From positions 124,001-188,000 of the forward strand of contig NOWV01000013.1 of the NCBI GenBank assembly GCA_003344405.1: 64,000 nucleotides of DNA, read 5' to 3'. Source of the stretch: Trichoplax sp. H2 (lineage: Eukaryota). Shown here piece after piece: positions 54,601 to 64,000 of the stretch (the stretch's first letter is position 1; each line of letters opens with the position of its first letter). A model generated the notes under the pieces. The model was not told where the DNA came from and made no database searches. It saw only the letters and a list, made by a program, of their open reading frames with translations. The position numbers and the translations under genes are program-made.

Positions 54601-57600
54601 AATATGTCTTTTAATAAACACTACTTCTGACTAAAGGGGGCCATCTTAGATAGAAATGATATCTCTCTAGTAATATTAAACTGTATAAACAAGAATTATC
54701 ATCTACAAAATGAACGGAATCTAAATTAACCTACTATCTTGCCATCATTAGCGAATACCGACATAAGATGATGCTTTAAAAGGCTAGAATACATATCTTG
54801 CAATTTTGAAGTAACATACAACTGGTATTTTTGATTAATAATAAGTTAATAATTCATCTTTTATTTCAAGCATATACGATAGTACTGAATTCTATTTAAA
54901 TCGACATGTCTAAAGACTCTATAATTAAAGGCCAATTATGCCTACGGTCATTACTACCTTTTAATCAAAACCACGTTCTCTCGTAGTAAGAATACTAGGT
55001 TACTCATATCATTATAATGGTATTTCTTAATGAGCCTATCATTATCATATAAGATAGTAAAAGCTATTAAATCTATGGTAAAATTTTGTCATGGATCGAA
55101 TTATGGTTTTTCAATACAATTGATGATGAAGGAGTATACAAAGAATACTTTTCAAAAAATAACAACAGATAATTGATATAATTATCCTAGCTAAACACAT
55201 AAATAGTTTTATACCTCTAGGCAACATTGATAGTCATCGAATGAAGCTGATAATTATTTTATTGTTAATGTATCATTTCTCTTTATATTCTATTTCTTTA
55301 GCGATGGAAGCAAGTCAAACATGACTAGTTACCATAACTAAGATGTACTTCTCCATGCTATGCTGTTGTATTGGGTTGAATAATACAAACTGATCTAGTA
55401 AATCGCGATGGTAAAGTACCCATATTTCTTTTCAAAACTAGATATACAAGCATTATATTATAAAAATTAAACTAAGCACATATTGAAAGCAATCAAGGTT
55501 AACGTATGTTGGATTCGGATAAGATATGGCTTTGGCGAGAGTGAATAATAATATATTGTAATAATAAATCTTTACGCGACTATTTTAAAAGTATTGACTG
55601 TTAGGTAGCAACTGGCGATTAAACACAGATCTGCTACACGAATACGCCTGCAGTGACCATATTTTGGGATGGAACTATTTATAGGAATGAGCTGAAAGGA
55701 AACTATAGACCTCGTAATCGAATAAAAAATAATCTACTTATGCATTGAGCACCATGCTAGATAATGTTACTGTCCAAAGGCGAGTTAATACTGACATCGT
55801 ATCTAGTTATTGATATCACGGTAAACCTGACCTTGCGATAGATCACAAGTTAATACCAAAATAATAATCTTCAGGAATAAATTTCTTATTTCAATTACAC
55901 TTTAAGTTCGCCCGATTGAATTAAAATAGGTAATAAATGTGTAAGGAATGAAATTTAAGTTATCATTTCCATATGGTAATAATAGACAGTTGATATAAAA
56001 TGTATACCAGTAGCTGCTCATTTTCTTAATCACTCTAGTCATAAATTAATTATTTATAAAAAAAGTAAATGCACAGGTATCAAAGTTTTAATATTCTCAA
56101 TTCTAACAGGGAGAATTTCGTAATACAGAAAACAACGAATGCATTGTATCGATTGAGGGAAGGTTGAAGAAATAATTCTTTATTTATCTAAAACCATATT
56201 CATCTGAGCAAATTATTATGACAACATAGCTTTGTGTAATGAATAAAAATTATGGAATATTAAATGTATAAAATCATAAATAAATATTAAAGTGAATTTT
56301 AATGCGATCCTTACTGATCCTTTGGTGTCATACTAAATACGTATAAGAGGTGTATAATCAGAAAATATTTAAAAATAGCATCTCCATTTTGTCCTTCTAC
56401 AGTTTATCTTGGACGAGTATCTAAGTCAAATCAGTTTCAATACGTTTATGCTATCTCAGTCTTGTTAACATTATCTACCTTGCTTAAATTATCATCAACA
56501 GCTAAGATCTAGACAGACTTCCTATGGTAAAGAGATCTAATCATATTGGTTTCAATTAATTTATAATAGAAAAGCATTGAAGCTTTATATTATATTACAA
56601 TTAATGAAAATCAGTAAATTATTAACGAAATTATGGTTAAATTGCTTGTGCAATGATAAGCTAAGTCAAATAGCTAGCTATTTATCGATACTGTAAGTAC
56701 CGTAACAGTCTTAACTCTTCGGTATAGCTCAGAATTGCCACTTAAAGAATTAATCTTGGCAGCATTTTCAGTCCAATCGAGTACAAAGCCTATTAATTAA
56801 CGCGCAGAGATATATTCTACAATACAATGGCAATTTTATTTACCGCTAACGGAATTTTAGCGATATTATATGATATACAAACTTAACGAATGGTGTTGGT
56901 TAATTAAATATCACTCTAAAATATTTTATTAAAGGCTATGATAACTTGATGCCTATACAAGTTGGGATATTAGCATCCAAGAAGGTCATTTCCTTTTTCA
57001 TAGGATATCATTTCTATAGCTAGTTAATGCAAATTGCTATATCATTCTAATAATTTTGAATTGTAACATCGTACATTCATCCTTATTATTTATAATTTAA
57101 TGTTATTCTGATTAAATACATACATAAAAAAGCCAAAAATTGTAAATTACTTCCTCTTTGAGTCAATCTAATTCAAACTGCATTTTACTCTCAAATTTGA
57201 TGATGAAAACAGTCGTTTCCTGCTCATTAATATTCTACTTTTTACGTAAAATCATCGTAGACTACCGGTATCCAATAGCTGTATAGTTAAAATTAACAAA
57301 CTAAACTATAGATTCACTATAGTTCTCAATCCGTATCGTATAAATTGGAAATAGTAGCTATATTTATAGTTACCTCCTACGCAAAATTCTTCAACTCCTA
57401 CCTAATAGGAACATTGTTCGAATGTTTCTATTTTAAAAATTATTGTCATAGGAAATAAATATAATCTTCAATCTATCAATGTTCTATTAATATCGTTTTG
57501 AATCATTCTGTAAGATTGCCTTTCCATACAGTACTACCGTATAAAATAGTAGCAAGACGCCTTGACTTTAAAAACATAATTCTGTAATTATCTTTTAATC

Positions 57601-60600
57601 AATCAATGTCTATAATATAAAACCCGTCAATCAAGATACGTCTATTTCCTAGATAAAGATTATTTATTATTAGCCTATTCAATTTAACATTAACTTGAAT
57701 ACTCTACAATAAAATAGTAGAACTGCTGGAGTTGATGGCTTAGAACTAAAAATATCCATTCTAAAAATACGGCTATTAACTAATTCACTATTTTAAAAGT
57801 CTAGACCAACTAATAAAACTTATTTGATCTTGCCTTCAATTGTGGTAAGTAGTCTTATCCTTTCTAAGTATCTATAAAAGTGGATTGTAGGATATTTTTT
57901 AAAATCTCATTCCTATTTATTGTTTTATCTATCCTTATGAGCCTGTAACTATGGTATGTTATGGATTAATCAAAGCATAAATTAACTTAAATAAATTAAT
58001 AAACTAATCTTAGGAGATACATCAATACTTCGATCCTATTCATTTGAACGATAGCACAAAAGTAACAATTGAATTTATCCATCGCTTTCTAATCCCGGAC
58101 AGAAATCGGAAATAATAAAATAACTTTTAACTACAGTAGTAATAGTACAGATAATAAGAAGAAAGTACCGGTGCGGAATAAAAGTGAATCAATATTAGTT
58201 CTCGTTAACATTTTTACAGTTAAGACGTTATCGAAATAAAATAATTTTAAAACTTACTATCAACTACGCACTACCAGCACAGACGCGTGTGCCTACATAT
58301 ACGTTATATGAATGGATCTAGAATATGTTTTAAAAAAAATTATTCTTCATCACTCCAACTAAATAAAGATTGACACTTCTATCAATCAATTATTACAATA
58401 AAATGGATGACTGAAAAGAAATAAAGTATGTATCGCCGACCATTTTAAGTAATAACATCCATCTTCTACTGATTGTATAAGCACGTCAAAATAAAAATTA
58501 GTGTAGTAATTTCTGTGCAATAATAAATAGTAGAAAGTGAAAAATAAAACGCCTCCACTTTTCTCATGTTTTAGTTAATCCCACTATTATCATTATCCTT
58601 GGAGGTTGTGCTATACTTACGTTGGCGGAAAAATAAAGTAAAATCTTTTGCCAGAAATATAAACAATTAATTTACGGCTCAATAAGCATTATTCAAATAA
58701 GCACCAACTTATTTTAATTGAGAATTAAATGCATGTCAGTCATATCTCCGACTTGTCTTGATTGGCTATTTAATTTAATTTTTATTTATCTACTAGGATA
58801 GATTTAAATCCCTCATAAATTAATAGAAAAAGATAAATATTAAACAGTTTACTGTACACTTAAAAGTCGAAAATAAAATACAAGTCTATTTTACCTGTCC
58901 AACTGCCCTTTTTAGAGAAATGATCATTTAATGGACAATATAGATACTAATCACTAGTTAAAATTTTGTTACGGAAAAGCCAATAACTGGTAGACGTTTA
59001 TATCTTTAGCATTGCTATGGTAGGCTTATTTAGTTCATGCCGTGTAAGTAATTTAATGGATTATTGTCTTATTTTCGAAATTTGAATCTTATTAGCGAGT
59101 CTACCCCTACATCGTATTGTATTTCATCATGATATTTTGCTATTGGATCTCATAATTTGCAGGGATCATTTCATAGCACAATGGCTATGCTGATTTAATA
59201 TAGTATACTCTTCCACTATGCCGTCATTTTAAGTTATAACACATAAAGAAGTAAATAACTTATACAATAAAATGAAGATAGAAAATAGATATTACTCATT
59301 CTTATATTTAAGGTCAACATTCTCTTCTTTTTCAGCTGCCAATAGAGTTGAATTATTCAATGCATTAATAATACAAGAAGATGAGAAAAATAACCATTAC
59401 TCATCTGCCTATTTACTCTAATAAATTCTTTACGTTGTTGTTAGGCACAACTGATTCGTATATACTTTATTGCCAACCAGTATTCATATATTATATAGCG
59501 CTAAACTGTACATGTAAATCAAACATTTAGTTAGAGAGAGGCTATTTATAACGTTGTAATATATTAAACTGAAATAGTCATGTCTACGGAGAGAGAAAAT
59601 AAATAAGATATGGCATTGCTATACTAGAGTCAAAATACACTATACGTAAGAAATGATTAACCATTCTATAAACTGGATTGCATCCATCTGTTCATCATTC
59701 AACGTTGCTATGTAGTAACCTTTGATCTACATCAGAATAAATTCAAAATATCACCATAAGCTATATACCTATACAACTACAATGATATAATTGTTATTTT
59801 CTTGTATAATTTATTCTAGAATACAAATTCTATTAAACAGCTTGGACCTAGTCTAAACAAAATTATACTATTGTACAGACAAGTGTATCCTAAGATACAC
59901 TATGGTGGATTACTGCAAAAGCACTAGAACGACGGCCACTGCATTCCATTACTGGTGCTTTATTACTCTCAACAGACAACGTTAACTATGCAGGATTGAT
60001 CAGCTGTCAGTAATCAAACTAGCATCAGTTCCGTAAAGTCCTTACAAAACTCAACATTATCATAACGTAACGGAAACTTAGTATAAAATAATTAATTCCA
60101 CTCTCTACTGAAGGCTTAAAAGTAGTTAACCATTAAGATAGCAGTAAATTATGCTAATTACTATGATACATATTCATTTGTCTGGTGAGATATCAGTATG
60201 ACGATTATTACATAAATATTTATCTTATTTTCAGCATGATGTAATACGTAGTAAATGACAACATCGATGTATCATTGGTGTTATTAATCATGTGAAATAA
60301 TAACTAACAGCTGGCATAATTTAATTAATGTAACCAGGTAGATGAAATCACGACAGAAAAATTGAACTAACATTATGGTATAAAGAAATGAGATAATAGA
60401 ACAATTTACTAATCCGATAATGAATAGTTAACCGATGAGTAAAAATAATTGCTATGAAAATGAGTCGACATAACACGATTAATATATCAAATACACTTGA
60501 CAGTAAGAATAGATCCAAACATTTCAATTATAATTTCATATGCTCTATCGCTACTAAACTGTACATTTAATCTTGATTTCTGAACGAGATAGAAGTCAGA

Positions 60601-63600
60601 AATTGTTTTTTTATTTATAATAAGAAAAGAGGGATGCTCCATCTAGTAGATAATGGGCGAGCAAACAACATTCAGAGGCGCCTAATGACTAGTATGTAAT
60701 GTAGAATAAAGACGGATTTGAGATTATGATTCTAATTTATTTCGTTTAGCCACCTTTGTATTACAAAATTCAATGCTGACTATTTCTATCACTAGACGAA
60801 ATATTTTCTATCTTCTCTTTATAGCTCTATCCATCACTTTATCGTTTACTAAACATCACGCATGATCGATATGAAAATTAGGCAACGATCTTTTTCCAAT
60901 TGAAATTTTAAGCTTGGTCAACTACTTGATGATTTAATCGGTAGGATGCCGCTATATTAAGTACAGGATATCAATGATGCAATCAATATTTGCTAGCCGG
61001 CTAAAGTTAAGTACATTTACATCTTACTCATTTGATGACGCATAGGTAACTTAACCTTATTTATTACGTAAGTACTATTGGCTTGATTGTTATGGTTATT
61101 ACTCTAAAGTTAGAAATGTAACTTTTTAGTAACACTATCAAGGTTATTGAGAACTCCAACTAGCCCGACAATAACAACTTAGAATGAAAGTAATCGATGA
61201 TATTTATCTCTCCAACACGTCAAGATGATTATTTTAACGATTAAAATTCTTGTTGATTTTGGTCTGAATAATCAATTTAATATTTAATTATTTGTCCAAC
61301 TATTTTTAGATCAATTAATTATGTTATTAAATAAAAGAAGAACGCTAAAGGAACTGGAAAATCATCTGTTGCCTTTATTCAATAATATTATCTTTATTTA
61401 TCAATGTTATTAATGAAGTGATGAAGGAATGAAGAATATGCTACCATCCTTAGCTTAATACACCACCATAGTCCATTTTTGACGGTAATTAATGCATGCT
61501 TATTCCCCTTTATTGATTTATCTACTAGTTCATTCCTCCGGAGTTATCCTAATTTTAAAAGAATTTGAGTTCTAATGGAAAAATCTAAAATGGATCATTT
61601 TTGGTCAATTTTAAATTTTATTTTTGCATAGTTACATTGCATGGCATGGTGATCATGATAGAGATTGATGTGATGTTTCTATTTTGGCATATTTTTATTT
61701 TATGGCATTATAATCTAACGCTAATAACAAAAGATCAACGTCATGATGGTCAAGTATTAGTCAATAAGTGACTCGATATTATTAAATGAATGAAAAGTTT
61801 TAAAATTTACAGACAAACTGTGTAGAGACAAAGTCCAACAGATTATAAAATCATCTTTTATACAAATAGTTTGTGTCTGATGCAATCGTTGAACTAGACT
61901 AATTGTCCTTGGTGTTCGTGATAGCATTATCATCAAGATGAGGAAGGAGAGAGAGAGTTAACGATCAGTCTGGAAAGCAGTTGAAATAATAACAGACAAT
62001 AATGGAAACCATCTAACTTGATGATGGACAAGTCAATTAAATAATAATAAATATTGAATATTATTGATAATTATGTATTGGATGCATCAAAAGAGAGCTT
62101 ACCGTTTTAATTTTGCCCCATTTCATTGATCCAATAATATTGTGGCATCTACTCTTTCAAATCAGACTGCCGATTAACTAACGCCTACGATGGTTGGCAA
62201 CGATGATGACGTTGGGAGAGTAATTGAATTAATCAGTTAATCAAATTGATTGTGATCGAGAATGGTCGAGACAATACTATCTACTGATTACTCATTGCGT
62301 GATCGGTAGAACTAAAGTCCAATTTACATAGAGGTAATAAAAAAAATAATATTTTGATACTAGCATTGACTTCTTCTTCTTCATTCAAAAATATCTTTCC
62401 ATAGTCGCCCATCTTGACAAATCATCTTGGTTATCATTGATCAATAAGCATATCCCCCATCCTACGTTGATTCTGTATCAATGAGTGGATAATATCTTGT
62501 TCATTTTAGTAGGGATATTCAATACAGTCGAGTAAGCTTAATTTAAATTAAATTATCCCCTTATCGATTGAATGTAAGTAGATTATTTCAATACAAGAAT
62601 ACAATCCATTGACATCGCTCTATCTTGACCCCAAACTTTTAATCATTATTGTTCAATGCGCTATCAGTAACGGAAGAGTGTATTAAAAATATAAAGCAGT
62701 TGTAATATTAATGCAGGAAGTTAATAAGCCGATTTTCCGCTTGATTAAGCATGCTATTTAAACTGACGTCATGGTTGTTATGAGATATAAAATATGGATT
62801 AATTTTACCTATTCAAGTAATCAAGAGTTATTTAATATTGCAAATTATCAAGTTGAATCCCTTCATCGATTTTATCCCTTTAAAGTAAAAAAAAGAAATA
62901 AAAATAAAATGACTCCTAACTCATGGCTAAAGCGTGGTTTCCTTATTCTATTAAATGGCTAATTAGCTATTTATAAAAATTGTAATATCCATTCTATTAG
63001 GATTTGAAAAGAGGAAAGAGTTTAATATTTAATGTTGACTCTGCTAGATACGATTACCGTTGTAATAACTATTCTGAAGTTGAACGCATATTCACTAACC
63101 TCTCCAACTTTTTTGAATAATATATTCAATTTTATTCTTATCTTACAATAAAACTCCATTTTACCTAAAAAACAATCAATTATCTTGCATTGCTTCCATC
63201 AGTTAATATTGTGAGGAGGAAAAAAGTTTTTCTCCTCTTTTTGTTTTGAATATTTTCAGTTATTATTTGTTTTGTCTAAGTTTGAAGAGCTAATAAATCA
63301 GCCCACGCTCCTCTTCATACTCTTGCTCTATTTACTATTGGATCTCATTGATTCAAGTAATGGAAAATCTCCTCCCTATACCATTCTATAAATCGATCAT
63401 CAATCCATTTGTTTGTATTTCTAATTTAAATGATATCGACATGTATTAAAGCACGAAAAGAGTTCTATTATTGTTTGGTAATAAAAATAAGGGGAAAAGC
63501 TTCTATCTAATCGATTAAATTATTGAAAGGTGAAGAAAAAAAATGGTGCAAACAGTAGAAGATTTCTTTGGGTTACAATCCATTACGATATATTCAAACT

Positions 63601-64000
63601 TAAGAATAAATTTATCATCACATATTCATTATTCATTTGATCATGAAGATTCTTGTCCTTCTTTATCATGTTGTTCACCAATAGATAGAGCAAGAATAGA
63701 AAAGATTAACAAGGTCCACTACGGGAGACACACTTAAAATATTGATCCAATGTCGTGATCAGCTTTGAAAAACAATTTGGACTTGCGTCTGCATGAAACT
63801 GATTCATACTATTATCCCATTCATTAACTGCATAATCGATAAGAATAGAAAACGCAATTTCTGATCCAATTGATTAATAGGGTTAGCTAATGCAGCTAAT
63901 TGAACTCAATTAATTTATGAAAATAAAGAAAAAAATAGTCAAATTGAGCTACTACCTAGAGATTATGTTATTTTTAATACTTGGAGAATAATTGATGGTT

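Noticed and set aside
63543-63737. 64 aa ORF near the right edge, and a possible minus-strand terminal exon over the same span
   Set aside because: No recognisable homology in either direction, so it cannot be supported from this window.

Overview
AT-rich, intron-dense eukaryotic DNA from a compact animal genome. Most introns are about 70-150 nt and GT-AG. A placozoan or other early-branching metazoan is my inference, not something I verified. Eight genes can be rebuilt by splicing exons by hand: TPGS2 (+), a membrane-anchored histidine acid phosphatase (-), TEAD/scalloped (+), WDR48 (-), NDUFB2 (+), GTF2E2 (-), a single-exon CDCA3/Tome-1-like gene (-) and URB1/Npa1 (+). About 12 kb with no recognisable coding sequence follows. 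The most striking unexplained structure is a family of palindromic (TACAG/CTGTA)n arrays with core TACTGTACAGTA. They lie upstream of every gene start identified here, are longest in the three divergent gene pairs, and are interleaved with locally duplicated GC-richer cassettes. They may be a lineage-specific promoter 'island' system. Most ORFs in the supplied track are exon fragments or repeat artefacts.
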